64,000 nucleotides of DNA, from the NCBI RefSeq assembly GCF_036321535.1, contig NC_087438.1:11038001-11102000 (forward strand). Direction: 5' to 3'. This DNA comes from Camelus dromedarius (Eukaryota). The notes below the pieces were generated by a model. It did not search any database. It saw nothing but the letters and a program-made list of their open reading frames with translations, and was not told the origin of the DNA. The translations under genes and the position numbers were made by a program. Below, piece after piece: positions 25,301-38,618 of the stretch. Numbering within the stretch: the stretch's first letter is position 1; each line of letters opens with the position of its first letter.

Positions 25301-27276
25301 TATTTCTTTTCTTTTAGCCCTTGAAAAATACTGTGGCTCATCCTTCTGGCCTCTGTGATACCTAGTCAGAGAAATCCATTGTCATTTGACTTTTTTTTAC
25401 TGTATAGAAAAGGTGTCATTCCCTGATTCACAAAGATATAGTGCAGAAATTTGACTATAACATTTCTTGGTGTGGATTTCTTTGAGTTTATCCTGTTTGG
25501 GTTTCACTCAGTTTCTTGAATCTGTATTTTCTGTCTCCTGCTAAATTTGTAAAGTTTTCTGCCATCATTCTTTTTTTCAGTACTTTTTCAGCCTTCTTTC
25601 CTGCCTATCTCTATCTATTAAATATCTATCTATCCATCTATCTACCTATGTACCTACCTACCTACCTACCTAGACATTTAAAGGAATTGACACATATATT
25701 TGTGGAGGTTTGGCAAGTCCAGAATTTGCAGGGTAGGCTGGTAGGCTGGAAACCCAGGGACTCAAGTCCAAAGCTGTTTGCTGGCAGAATTCCCTCTTTA
25801 TCTGGGGAGGTAGTTTTTTTTCTATTAAGTCTTTCAAATGATTGCCTACAGCCCTCACATTATGGGGAGTAATTTGCTTCATTCAGCGTCTCCTGATTGA
25901 AATGTTAATCTTATCTAAAAAAATACCTTCACAAAAATACCTAAAATAATGTTTGACAAACTCTCTGGATACGGCGGCTTAGGCAAGTTGCCACATAAAA
26001 TTAATTGTTGGAGTCCCACAGGTCTCTGAGGCCCTGTTCGTTTTCTTTCCTCAGTGTATTTTATCCTTGCTGATGTTCAGACTGAGGGATTCCTCTTGTC
26101 CAACCATCCCTTTACTCCTTTTTTTCTCTGTTCCCTCATTCTGCTCTTGATTCTGTCCTCTGGGTTTTTAATTTCAGTTATTGTATTTTCATTTCTAAAA
26201 TTTCCATTCGGTTTTTCTTTAAATTTTCCATTTCTTTGTGGAGACTTTCTATTTCTCTGCCGAGGAGCTGTATCTTTTATTTGTTTTAAGTGTGTTCAGA
26301 GTTGCTCAGTGATGGATTTGTAGGATGGCTGCTTTAAATCTTTGACAGAAAATCCCAATATTTCTGTCACCTCAGTGTTGGCATCTACTGATTGTCTTCT
26401 TTATTCAGCTTGATATCTTCCTGATTCTTGGAATGATGAGTGATTTTCTACTGAAATCTGGACATCTAGGGTATTATGTTATGAAACTCTGAATTATTTA
26501 AAACGCTGGTTTTAGCTGCTTTCTCTGGCACCTCTGTGGCAGGGGAAATAAGGGGGAGAAGGCCTCATTACTTCCAGGTGGGAATAGACATCCAGGTTCC
26601 CTCCTTAGCCTCTTCTGATACTGAGAGGAGGGCAACCTTGTTAGTGCTGGGCAGTTGTGAGAATTTCCACTCCCAACTAAGTATCTCAGCCTGGCTGGAG
26701 GGATGGGAATGCCCATTGCTGTCCCACTTGGCCTCTAATGATACCAAGGGGCAAAGGGTGGTCTGTTACTGCTGAGCAGGGGTGAAAGTTTTGACTCTCC
26801 ATTCTGTCTCCTCTGACATCATTCCAGCTGGGTGATGGAAGGCCCCTTGTTACTGCAGGTTTTGATAAAATTCAGTCTACTTCTTAGCCTTCTCTGAAAT
26901 TACCCCTGGGGCATCCCATTAAGGCCTGGCGAGGATGGAAATCTAGGCTCTCCACTCACCTCTTGCTGCTGAGAGATGCCCCACTACTTCCTACTGGCCA
27001 GGCAAAGTGGGATTGAGGGGAGCGCTTTTTGTTGGGATCCTTTGGTGCTTCTAGGTTTCTGACTTCTTTACTTCCAAGTGGGATATACAAGGCAAGAATA
27101 AACCCAGAGAATTCACCTCTGTGTTGGTCCTCGGATCCTGAGATCCTACCCTGACCCCTATCTTCTCTTTATCTTTCAAATTATTCTTATGTTTGTTTTA
27201 TAGCTTATGTTTGGTTGAACTTAGCAGAAGAAATAGGGGAAAGTATACTTACTCCATATTCCTGGAAGCAGAAACT
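25300..27276 (-). mobile_element. Old L1M 5' portion (5'UTR + ORF1; L1MC-like), interrupted by MLT2
   Basis: Antisense ORF1-type sequence (ccttctggcctctgtg...gagaaatcc; gtcccacaggtctctgaggccctgttc) and 5' terminus actccatattcctggaagcagaaact. Confidence 0.7.
25600..26008 (-). mobile_element. ERVL LTR, MLT2-like, with (CTAT)n/(CTAC)n tract
   Basis: aaggaattgacacat...ggcaagtccagaatttgcagggtaggctggtaggctggaaaccc...aaatgttaatcttatctaaaaaaataccttcaca...caagttgccacataaaattaa. Confidence 0.85.
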
Positions 27277-28804
27277 ATAAAAAATCACTTTTAATGAGGA
27301 AAGGTAAGAGGGTAAATGATATCAAATAATAATTTAATATTGTAACTACAAAGGGATGATGGCTTGCCACTAAGCTAGAAATCATAAAAGCAGGTCTTAA
27401 CCAAGCTTGCTCAATAGAATTATATTTTTACTTTGGGATTCCACTGAATTCCCATCTCAAGTTTTCTCACAAATATTTTAAGTGTTTTATAGTAGTTGTA
27501 TCTTTAGTTTATGATGATATTTGAATTTATTCCTTCTAAATTGTGGTACAGGATATGAGAAATATTTAGAACTGTATTTCTTATCACCAGTTCATACTTT
27601 CTCTGGAGGAAAGTGAGCTATTTGCCTTCCCTCCACATTCCTGGCCAGTTCCCAACTTTATCACCCATTTTCATAAGCAGAAGAATTTAGGGTCACCTTG
27701 ATTATACATTTTCAATGAAGTCATAGTCTATACTAAGACCCTTTCTTCTACCTTTTAAAATGTTAGTGAAACTTTACATTTTTTGTCAAAACCTAAAGTA
27801 AAAAAATAAAAGCTTTCATTTCCAAATCCTGAAATCCTGGAATAATTTTATTAGTGAAAAACATTATAAATTACATAGAAAAGTTCAAGGTCTGAATTTT
27901 CTTATTCATAAATTAAAGATACTAAAATTAATTAATTATAAGGTCCCTTCCAATGGTAATCATTCTACAACTGTGGTTGACACAGCACATTAGCGGCTAA
28001 AATGGAATTAGAGCTCTCATATCCTGACTTTACGTATCTGATCATGCTATGTCCAGCTGCTTCTCCCAGGAGGCTTATGAGAAAGTTGGTTTTACCAACA
28101 TTTTGCCTGTGAAGAAACAAGTTCATTGACCTGTGTCACCTACCAAGAAACTAATTCATTAAAATTTCTAAGGCAAAATAATTAGTAGCTGGCAGAATGG
28201 GGACCCACTCACTTTAAGCATTCAAACTCCAAATGCAGTGCTGGTTTATTTTACTGCATCAAAGTTCCCTTTGTGGGACTGATTTCAAGCTGTTTCCTCT
28301 CAAAGGATAACACCAGCAAAGTCCTAGGGAAAGTGACCAAACTCTTCTAACGTTGCTCTGACTACGCCACGTGCTTTCTTAGTATCTTACAGTGACTTAC
28401 CTTTGCATTTGAGGTAAAGTCAGAGATCCGCATAGCTTTCGTGAAAGCTCTTTATGAGGAGGATTCTGCTCCTGCTTCTTCTCATGAGAGTAATGGCTCT
28501 TCCTTGAACAACCAAAAAATTGGACAAAATACATTAGACAATGGTTTTCTGACACTGGACAACAGGCAGAGCAGCACTGTTATTCTTGAGGAGATGAAAA
28601 CAAATGAAGCGGTCCCTGCGATGGTTTCTGCTTACCACCCGGATCCAATTTTAGGCTATAGCAAAGGTAAGAGGAACCCAAACAGAGCCAACCAGTCTTT
28701 CTGATTTGGGAGACAGTGTTTGTCCCTCTCATGGGGGCAGAGTTGACTAGAATCTTCAGGAAAGAATGCCAGAGAAGATGAAACTCCATAAAGAAAGGTC
28801 TGGG

Positions 28805-28990
28805 GTGGGGGGGGTATAGCTTAGTGGTAGAGTGCACGCTTGGCATGCTGGAGGTCCTAGGTTTAATCTCCAGTACCTCCATTTATATAAAATAAAATAA
28901 AATAAAATAAAATAAAATAAAATAAAATAAAATAAAATAAAATAAAATAAATAAAACCTAATTACCTCCCCCCAAAAAATTAAAGAAAAA
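28805..28990 (+). mobile_element. Vic-1-type SINE with expanded (AAAAT)n, inserted in the old L1 5'UTR
   Basis: ggggtatagcttagtggtagagtgcacgcttggcatgctggaggtcctaggtttaatctccagtacctcc; TSD aaagaaaggtctggg (28790-28804) / aaagaaaagtctggg (28991-29005). Confidence 0.9.
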
Positions 28991-31900
28991 AAAGAAAAGT
29001 CTGGGTATTTGTCAAGGTGATACCATAAGTATTTCACTGAGTATTGCTTTCCATATGCAGGGTAAGAAAATAGCCAGAGGGGAAAAAAGAAAACACTGTA
29101 AACCTATAGGTAGAATAATTGCCAGAGTTCACACATTGCTGAGAATAGATCATGTGACCATCAGCTAGAGTAGAAAGGTGTGTAATAAATAATTCATCAG
29201 GTAAAGTCCACAAAAGGGTGTCACCTGAGCAGTGGGATTAAATCAGCCTTCAACTACTATGCTTTGGCATGCAGTAACAAGACACAGATGCAGGCCTCAG
29301 AGGACCTTGCTCAGTTCACATAATATTGAGCGAGAACTAGATAAAGTCAAAATTACATGAAGAAAAACAAAAAAATCTAGCAAACAAAAGCAAATTGTAA
29401 ACCTCATGATATCCAGCATCCAAATATTAATATATATATTAAGCATATGAGAAAACAGGACACTATAACATGTGACCATAAGGGAAAAATTCTCAATAGA
29501 AACAGACCCAGAAATGACAGAGTTGATGGGACTAGCCAACAAGAATGGTAAGACAATTATATAAATATGCTCCATATGTTCAAGAAGATAGAGAAAAAAC
29601 GTGATTATGATGAAGACAGAAATGAATGATTAAAACAGATCGAAAGGGAACTTACAAAGCTGAAAAATACAACATCTAAAATGGATATTACATGGGATAG
29701 AATTTGATAAAGTGGACATTAAATTTTTTAAAATTAGTTGTTTTGAAGACATAGTAATAGAAGCACCCAAAATGAAGTACAGAGAGAAAAAAAAAATTTC
29801 AGTGAAGCAGTGACCTGAGTGACAATATAAAACAGTGTAATAAACATATGGTTGGAGCTCCCAAAGGAGAAGAGGAGAAACAAACAAAAAAAAGAGGAAA
29901 TAATGGCCAAAGTTTTACAAATTTGATGAAACCAATAAACCTACAGATTCAAGAAGCTCAACAAACTCTTATACAGGAAACATAAAGAAAATTACCCCAA
30001 ATGGTATCATAATCAAATTCCTAGAAATCAGTGAATACAAGATTATTTCAAAAGCAGCCAGAGAGAAAAAGACCAGTCAAATATAGAGGAACAAAGATAA
30101 GAAAGACAGCATATTTCTTAGCAGAAAAAATGCAAACCAGAAAACAAGGGAGCAAGACCCTAAAAGAATTAGATCAGAGACTGTCAGCTAAAATTCTATA
30201 CTTGGCATAAAGATCTTTCAGAAATGAAGGCAGAAAAAAAAACTAAAATAAGCCAAAATTAGAAAAGTAATTGCCAGCAAACCTATACTATGAGAACTCT
30301 TAAGGGAAGTTTTTCAGATAGGAGAAAAATTACAGAAGATAGAAAGCCAAATCTGAAAGCAGGGATGAAGAGACTTAGAGATTGTAAGTGAGTAAATACA
30401 AAAAACATGTTTTTCATTTTAGTCTCTTTAGAAGAAAATTATTTAAAACAAAAATAAAAACAATGAATTGCATGTTTATGTATGCAGAAAGAAAATGCAT
30501 GACAAAAATAGCTTAAAAAGTCAAGAAGTGGAAGAAGTCTGTTGCAAGATGCATTCAATATGAAAAGAGTGATGTAACAGTATTGGAAGGCAGAATGGGG
30601 TATGTTATAAATGTGTGTTGTAAATAAGCCTGAGGGCACACAAAAAATAAAAACAATAAATTACACATCAAAAGCTAGTTGTGGAGATCAAATGCAATCA
30701 TTAAAATATATAATTAATTCAGATAAAACAGAAAATGAAAGAAAAGAACAGGAGATGGGACAAATAGAAAACGAATATTGAAACAATAGATTTAATTACA
30801 GTCCTGTCAATCATCTCATCAATTGTTCATTATCTAAACACTGTAAGTACAAGGGAAAGTTTTTAGGTTAGATTTCTTAAAATATTATCCTTATATCTAA
30901 AGACATAGATGGCCCAAAATGAAAAGGGAAAAAAAAAAAAAGATGTATCATGAAAACCCTAATCAAAAAAATTCTGGAGATGTTTTAGTAATGTCAGACC
31001 AAATAAATTTAAGAACAAGGAATACAATCAGGGATTAAGGGAGATATTTCATAATTAAGAAAGGATCAATATATCAAGAGGGCATAATAAACTTAAATGT
31101 AAATGGACTTTATACCAAAGATTTCAAATGCATGAAACAAAAACTAATAGAACTAAAAGGAAAAAATATAAAAAAATCCAGTTATAGTTGAAAGCTCCAA
31201 CAATACTTTCAGTTTTAATAGACAGTAGGCAGAAAATAAACATGTATGTATGTGACTTTAACTTGACCTGAGATTTATAAAACACACCACCAAAAAAAAG
31301 TACACACAAAACATTCACCGAGGTAGACCATATTCTGAGTCATAAAACAAATTTCATCAAATTTAGAAGGATTATAATCATACTAAGTATGTTCTCTGGC
31401 CACAGTAAAATTAAACAAGAAATCAATAGCAAATGGATATCTGGAAAATGTCAAAATATTTGGAAACTGAAACACACACTTCTAAATAACTCATGGGTCA
31501 AAAAAAACAATGAAATGAGTGAGTAGAAAACATTTCCAACTGAGGGAAAATGAAAATATAACTCATCAAAATTTATAAGTACTTTGAGAGAAATATATAG
31601 GATTAAAAACAAAGAAGTTACGAAGCCATTGTTCTTAGATCCCTATTTAAAGGAATGAGAAAAAGAAGAGTAATTAAGCTCAAACTAAGGAGAGGGAAAA
31701 AATAGAGTTACGGGCAGAAATCAATGAAATAGAAAGCAGAATATAATAGAGAAAGTCAATGGAATCAAGCTGGTCCTATGACAAACATCAATGAAATTCA
31801 TAAAATTCCAGCCAGATTGATCAAAAAACAGGGGAAAAGAGCCAAATTACCAATATCAAGAATAAAAGAAGCACATCACCACAGATCCTACAAACACTGC

Positions 31901-32299
31901 AAGACTAATAAGGGAATATTACCAACAACTCTGTAAACCAATAAATACGACAATTTTAACAAAATGGACACATTCTTTAAAAGACGCAAATTACTAAATA
32001 AAGCTCACCCAAGAATAATAGTCTGAATAGCTTCAGCATAGTAAAAATCTTCTCACAAAGAAAGGAGCAGATGGCTTCACTAGTGAATTCTAGTAAATAT
32101 TTAAGGAATAAACAAGGGTGATTCTTCATAAATTCTTCCAGAAAATAAAAGAGGAGGCTACACTTTTCAACTCCTTTTATGAAGCAAGATTTATGCTAAC
32201 ACCAAGACCAGACAAGGAGTTATAAGAAAACAGCGACAAGTGTCCATATGAGCACAAGTCCAAAAATCCTTAACAAAACATTAAAAATTTAATCATGCC

Positions 32300-32340
32300 A
32301 TATATATATACACACACACACATATATATATATATATACA
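32300..32340. repeat. Compound (TA)n(CA)n(TA)n microsatellite
   Basis: atatatatatacacacacacacatatatatatatatataca. Confidence 0.9.
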
Positions 32341-34599
32341 TGTCATGACAAAGTGTACTTTACCTTCAAGATGCAAGATTGGTTTAACATTGAATAAAAT
32401 CTCTCAATAGCTGCAGAAAAATTATTTGGAAAAAGAATCAACACCCATGCATGATAAAAAATTTCAATAACCCAAGAATAGAATTGATGTTCATGATCAA
32501 GAACAGCTCAATAACTAACATCATGTAAGTTGTGAAAGATGCATGTTTTCCTCTTAAAACTGGAACAAGGCAATTGTTCACCCCTCCTAGTCAACCTCAT
32601 AGTGGAGGTTCTGTTCAGTGAAATGAGGCAAAAAAAAAAAAAGAAATAAAAGACATACAAATTGGAAAACTGAAATAAAACTGTCCTTATTCGCAGAAAA
32701 CATGACCATCTATGTAGAAAATCCTATGGAATCTAAAATATCTACTAATAAATAAATTTAGGAAACTCAGAATCCAAAGTCAATATACTAAAATTAACTG
32801 CACTTTTATACAGTAGGAAACAGACAAGTAAATATTGAAAAAAATTTTAATGTTATTCTCAAAAAAATTAAAATATGAAATATTCAAGGATAAGTTTAAA
32901 AAAACTTTTTCAAGACTGTGCTGAAAACAATAAGACATTTCTGAGAAAATTTAAATAAGATAAAAATAAATGGAGAGATGTATAATGTTGCTGGTTTAGA
33001 AGATTCCATGTCATTAAGATTTCAATTTTCCCCAAACTGAACTACATTTTCAATATAATCCCAGATAAAATCCCCACAGACATTTTTGTCAACAATTAAA
33101 ATGCTATTTTGTAGATAGTGAAACTCTTATCTTTATGGAAATTCAAAGAATCTATAATTGCCAAAATAATTTTGATGAAGAAAAACAAATTTGGAGGGTT
33201 TACACACCTAAATTTAAGTCTTATAAACTACAGTAATGAAGCAGTGTAGTATTGGTGTAAGACAGACTCCTATCTCAATGGAACAGAATAGAGACCCTGG
33301 AAACAGATCCATAAATGTTTAATTGATTTTTGACTAAAGTGCCAAGATAATCCAACAAGTAAAGGATAATCTTTTCAACAATGATACTTGAAACATTAGC
33401 TATCCATCTATATCTATATCTACATATATGTATTTTAAATCTCAAACCTTAGCATGTACCATACATTTGATTTTAAATGAATCAGACCTAAATGTAGGAG
33501 CCAAAACTATTAAGATTCCATAACAAAACCTATGAGAAAATTTAGAGACTCAAGTTGGGTAAAGATTTTTAAGTAGGACAAAAACAGCGCAAACTACAAA
33601 AGAAAAACTTTAGTTGGACTTTGTTAAAATTAAAAACATTTTTTCTCCAAAAACACTGTAAAGAAAATGAATTCAAGTCATAAATTGGGATAAAATATTT
33701 GCCAAACATGTATCTGGACTTATAATCCAAGTACATAAAGAAGTCATAACCCAATTAGAAGGGAAAAAAGATTTGAATATGTTTGAAAAGAATATAAGCA
33801 AATAGGAAGTAGTAAATTAGCACATAAAGAGATTCACAATATCGTTTGCATTAGAAGAATGTCCATCAAAACCACAATGAGATACCACTATAGACCCACT
33901 AGATTAAAATCAAAAGGAATAATAGCTAAAAGGAGAGAACAGCTAAAATTAAAAGGAATTAGTGTCAGTGAGGTTGTGGAACAGGTGGAAATCTTACACA
34001 TTGATGGTGGGCTACTTTGGAAGACAGCTCGGCAGTTTCTGAGAGTTAAACACATCCCAACCACACGACCCAGCACTTCCATCCCTAGGTTATGCATCCT
34101 GGGAAGTGCATCTCTGCAAAGACTTATACTAGAATATTTATAGCAGCTTTATTTGTAATAGCTCCAAACCAGAAAGATCCGAAATCTCCAGCAGCTGATG
34201 CATGGGGAAGAAAATGTAGTTTAGCTTTATAAAAGTATACAACTCAGCAATAAAACAAACCATTGACCCCCCCCAATAAAACTTCATCCACATATACAGA
34301 CCGCAAAAGCATTATGCTAAGTGAAAGATACACGACATGAAAGGCTACGTGCTGTATCGCATGAAACTCTAAAAAAAGGCAACACCATAGGGACAGAGAG
34401 CAGATCAGTGGTTGACAGAGTTCAGGTGACCAGGGAGGAAAGGGACAGGGAAGGACATGAAGGGACCTGATGGGGTGAGGGAAATGTTCTATATCATCTC
34501 CACAATAGTGGTTAATAGGGGTTCATATTGATCAAAATTCTTCAAGTGATATTCCTAAAATTGGTGAATATTTTATATGTAAATTATATTTCAGTAAAA

Positions 34600-34775
34600 C
34601 TCATTCTTGGTAGAATAAAAGGATGGAAAAAGATATCCTATGCAAACACTAATCCAAAGAAAGTTGGAGCAACTGTATTAATATCAGATTTCCAAACAAG
34701 GAATATGATTAGCAATAAAGAGGCACATTTCATAGTATTAAAGGGATTAATTTATCAAGAGAACATACTAAAGTT
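34600..34775 (+). mobile_element. Separate L1 ORF2 endonuclease-domain fragment
   Basis: Translates RIKGWKKISYANTNPKKVGATVLISD...DFQTRNMISNKEAHFIVLKGLIYQENI, matching the L1 EN pattern GWKKI.HAN..QKKAGVAILISD...EGHFIMIKG.I.QEDI. Confidence 0.8.
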
Positions 34776-36776
34776 TACTTGACTGCCTGCCTAGTTATTT
34801 TTAAGGCTCTGAAAATGATCTTCCTGGCATAAGTTTACTTCCCTTTAAAATGAGAGGTTCTAAAGTGACTTTTTGTTGTTGATTTAGTGTGGCTTGGAGT
34901 GGAGGAGTTTTCTTTCTTCAAATAGTGTGCCTGTATGTTTTCGTCCAACTTCTCAAGCTCTGCTGTAATTACATTGGCGAGCTTTGTTCATCTGGTAGAT
35001 ACGTTATTAATTGTCTTTCATTCAGAACTCTGAAGCTTACTGGCTTCACTGACAGATTTCCCATGTTACTCAGTAAAAAAGTAACTCAATCTGTTAGAAA
35101 ACTTCTTTCGCTTTGCCACATATTGTAATATTTAGAAAGATTAACAAACTTGAATCACTCCAGTTGACTCAAATGATGGCCCACAATGAGTTTTCAGAAA
35201 TGATGGTTAAATCTGAGAGCTTCCACTTTAATTTTTTTCAGTGTGATGATCAGAGAACCCCCAGCAACTCTGCCAGCTTTCCCACCAAGCCCATGCTGCC
35301 ACGCTCCAAAACAAATTCTCATGTTTTTAACACCATCGAGGTATCACTTACCCACTACCTTCCGATACAGCCCCAGTTCCTTCTCCCACGTTCCCCAACT
35401 CTGGTCTGTTTTCCTCCTTGCTGTCCTGTCCACGTTCTTTCCAAGCTTCAAACACAAATTCTCCTCTGGGCATCTCTACCTGCCTCATCTAGCCCAGGTC
35501 ATGGTAACATGGAGTAGTGGATTTGTAACTAACCTTCGCAGCATGAGGTTTATAAAACACAGTTTCTTAAAAAAGCAGAGACTGACTCTCTTGAAATGAG
35601 TGTAACTCAGATGTCCACTGAGGCCACACAATCTCTTGAAGTGGAGGAAATGTGATCTGGCTTTAACCCACACATGGTGGGAAGTCCAAAGCCTGCCTAC
35701 ATTTCTTACTTCCCCGGGGGCTCATGTTCTCCTGGCCACTTTTGGCTCCTACCAAACTCCCGTTCTCACCTCCCAGAATTTCTCTCATGTCTCTGCTCCA
35801 CACTGACTGAAGTGCAGAATGTTACTCACTTTCTGTGAACCCCCTCACCTCAATAAAAACACTCACACCTAGCACTGAAGTATGTAGCAGACCCTGCACA
35901 TGGAGAGGTTTTGCATTACCATCTTACTTCAAATTTCCCTCACAATTTCCTTAGATCCCAATGTCTAAGGGACTCCAGGAAAGTATTCTCCCTTCAGTTT
36001 ACTAAGCAAAGTAGTGCAGCTCAAAGCCCCCTATTCAGCTAAGGGCTGACCTGCATATCTAGAGTGGAGATATTCAATGCAAACTTCACAGAGCTGCAAA
36101 TCTCCCTAAGGCAGAATTCTATGATAGGTGCTACTTCCTTGACTTTCCCAACTTCGGGCAGAAGAATAAAGATTCTTGTAGATGAGTGAAGTTAACCAGA
36201 TCTAGCTATCCTTAGCTAATAATACCCAAAGAAGGCTTTAGACATGAGGATGTTATGAATTTGACAAGATTTCAGACTGGCATCTTCCTGACCTTTGTGA
36301 ATGGGGCTCAGAGCTGATGAATTGAATATATGAAACAAAAAATACTGGCACATCTTGACCTTCAAAGATTGTGTAGCTACTTAGGTTCCTTACATTATGA
36401 ATAACGGGACCCTCCTTCAGAATGAGAACTAGTTACATAATGGGTGACGTGAAAGCCTGTAGTGACATTCTTGCCAGCAACCTGAGTTTCCCCAAATGAA
36501 AGATAAAACGTTAATAGTTCTGGTCTGGATTCCATTTTCTTCTGGGTGATTCAAGTTCTTTTTGTGTTTCAAATCATGGCTCTCATGGAAAGGTCCTTTT
36601 CTTAATTTGGGTTCTTACTTATGACTAAGCCAAGATATTTCCTAGTCTTTTATTTTTAATCTCAGACAGTTGAGCTGCAGCTATCTGTTCCTCTACTTGA
36701 GTTTTTTATGTTTTCAGTCTCTGTTAGATTCACCCACTTCATGAGACCACTTCCCTGAGCCCTTGTGATGACTGTC

Positions 36777-36784
36777 TGTGTGTG

Positions 36785-36818
<34 letters not shown>
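36777..36818. repeat. (TG)n microsatellite
   Basis: Long TG dinucleotide run with one CA interruption. Confidence 0.95.
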
Positions 36819-36819
<1 letters not shown>

Positions 36820-36954
36820 ACGCATATGTTGGGTTGGTGCAATGGATGGTGCATTGTCAGAAAGAACCTCTTTCTACTGTGAGTCCAGACTGAAACTGAT
36901 GTACCAACTGTGTATCTCCATAACATTTTGTGTGTTATATTGGTTTAAAAAAAC

Positions 36955-37078
36955 TTTTTTAATTTTTTGGGGGGAAGTTTATCTATTGATTTTTTTTTAG
37001 AGGAGATACTGGGGATTGAACCCAGGACCTCCTGCATGCTAAGCATGCACTGTACCACTTGAGCTATAAACCTCCCCC
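36955..37078 (-). mobile_element. Vic-1-type SINE
   Basis: tactggggattgaacccaggacctcctgcatgctaagcatgcactgtaccacttgagctata...cctcccc; degenerate TSD ttatattggtttaaaa (36935) / ttatattgtttttaaaa (37081). Confidence 0.9.
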
Positions 37079-38010
37079 TATTATATTGTTTTTAAAAATA
37101 GCACTAGAAGGTACTATCTATTCAGCCCCTTCACCCTAACCCTAGATGATCAGGTGTTGGAATATGAAGCACAACAGTGGCTGCCACTTGGCATCCCTGG
37201 TTTGTATGTGAGCCAAAGGGGCTATGAGACTGGAGCATAACATTCATTATTTATGTGATGATCTTATCATTATTTCTTATTATCAGTATTAATAGTAGTA
37301 TCTGTATTAATGCTGATCTTGAGAAATCTGCTTTCTATTTATCTTAAAGTAATAAATGTTTAATACAACAAATGCTTTATGTTATTGAAAAAGGCTGCAT
37401 TTACATAGTGCCAAACATATTTTTTCCAAATTGCGTAGTTAAGATAAATAATTTATTGCAACTGGTATGACATAGGTTTTGTTTCAGTCTCACATCCTCA
37501 AAATTGTTATTTTATTGAAAATAAATAGATCAACAAGTTGTTTTATTGGTGTGTATTTTCCGCCTGAGATAATTTTATCTTGAGTCATGATGGCAGTAGG
37601 ATCCTAACTCAAGAGCTTCATGTGTCTCCACATTGAGGGTTCAGACACACACAGGCTTTCTAGTATGTTTTGTAGGGCTGACAAGAAAGGGCCTTCTCTG
37701 TACAAGAAAGAGCTTCTGGGAGAAAGAATATCCTTTGGGAAAGATAAAGTAAAAGATTGTGAAATTTGTTCCTAACAATGGATTAGTGACAGGAGGGAGA
37801 GGGCAATCTGACTGCACTGCTCAGACTTCTCTGTGAACGGTGGAAGGTTCACTGTTCTTGGGTCCACATGATGACAACTGGACAGGATGCTAAGGGAATG
37901 CAGCCTTCAGTTCAGAGTGTGCAGTGCTGGGAGGCCAGTGCACGAGAAGTAGAGCCACAATGGCCCAAGTCCAGAGCCCGCTTAGCAATGTGGGAGGAGA
38001 AGTCCCTTCC

Positions 38011-38618
38011 CAGGGCCTCCGTGTGCATCCGCACAGATTATGTGCCTTATGGTAGGCTGAATAACGCCCTCCCCAAAGATGTCCACATCCAAACCCCCTG
38101 AACCTATGAATATGTCACCTTACATGGTAAGAGGAACTTTGTAGAAGTATTTAAACTAAAGATCTTGAGATGGTGTGATGATCCTGGATTAAATGTAATC
38201 ACAAAGCTCCTTTTAAGAGGGAAGAAGGAATGTCAGAGTCAGAAGGGGAAGATGCAAGGGAGGAAGTAGAGGTCAGAGAGAAGATGCTACGATGCTGGCT
38301 TTGAAGATGAAAGAAGCAGCCCCGAGTCAAGGAATGCAGGCAGCTCCTAGAAACTAGAAAAATGAGGAAGCAGATTTCCCCCTAGAGCCTTCAGAAGAAG
38401 CATGGACTCCTTGACTCTTTGATTTCTGGCCCATGAAAACGATTTTGGACTTCTGACCCACGGAAGTATAAGATAATAAATCAGTACTGTTTTAATTCCC
38501 TAAATGTGTGGTACTCTGTTATACAGCAATACATACACATCCACATGTCATGCTCCAGGGGCTGCCATCCGTATGGACACTGATCTGAGTGGTGCTTCCT
38601 GGAACTGGGCAGTGTGGC
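38011..38618 (+). mobile_element. hAT MITE (MER91-like) split by the MLT1D insertion (38011-38047 and ~38551-38618)
   Basis: cagggcc...gcacagattatgtgc on the left; ctccaggggctgccatccgtatggacactgatctgagtggtgcttcctggaactgggcagtg on the right. Confidence 0.5.
38048..38535 (+). mobile_element. MaLR LTR, MLT1D-like
   Basis: tatggtaggctgaataacgccctccccaaagatgtccacatcc...ctggctttgaagatg...ggaatgcaggcagc...ttggacttctgacc...taagataataaat. Confidence 0.9.

Larger units (their letters stand above)
28465..34591 (+). mobile_element. Near full-length, highly decayed ancient L1 (L1MD/L1ME-type): 5'UTR, ORF1, ORF2, 3'UTR
   Basis: 5'UTR motif caatggttttctgacactggacaacaggcag; ORF1 region (cctacagattcaagaagctcaacaaac); ORF2 EN/RT-like A-rich sequence ~30.8-34.1 kb; L1ME1-like 3'UTR cagatcagtggttg...ggaaatgttctatatc...tatgtaaattatatttcagtaaa; no intact ORFs. 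Confidence 0.85.
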
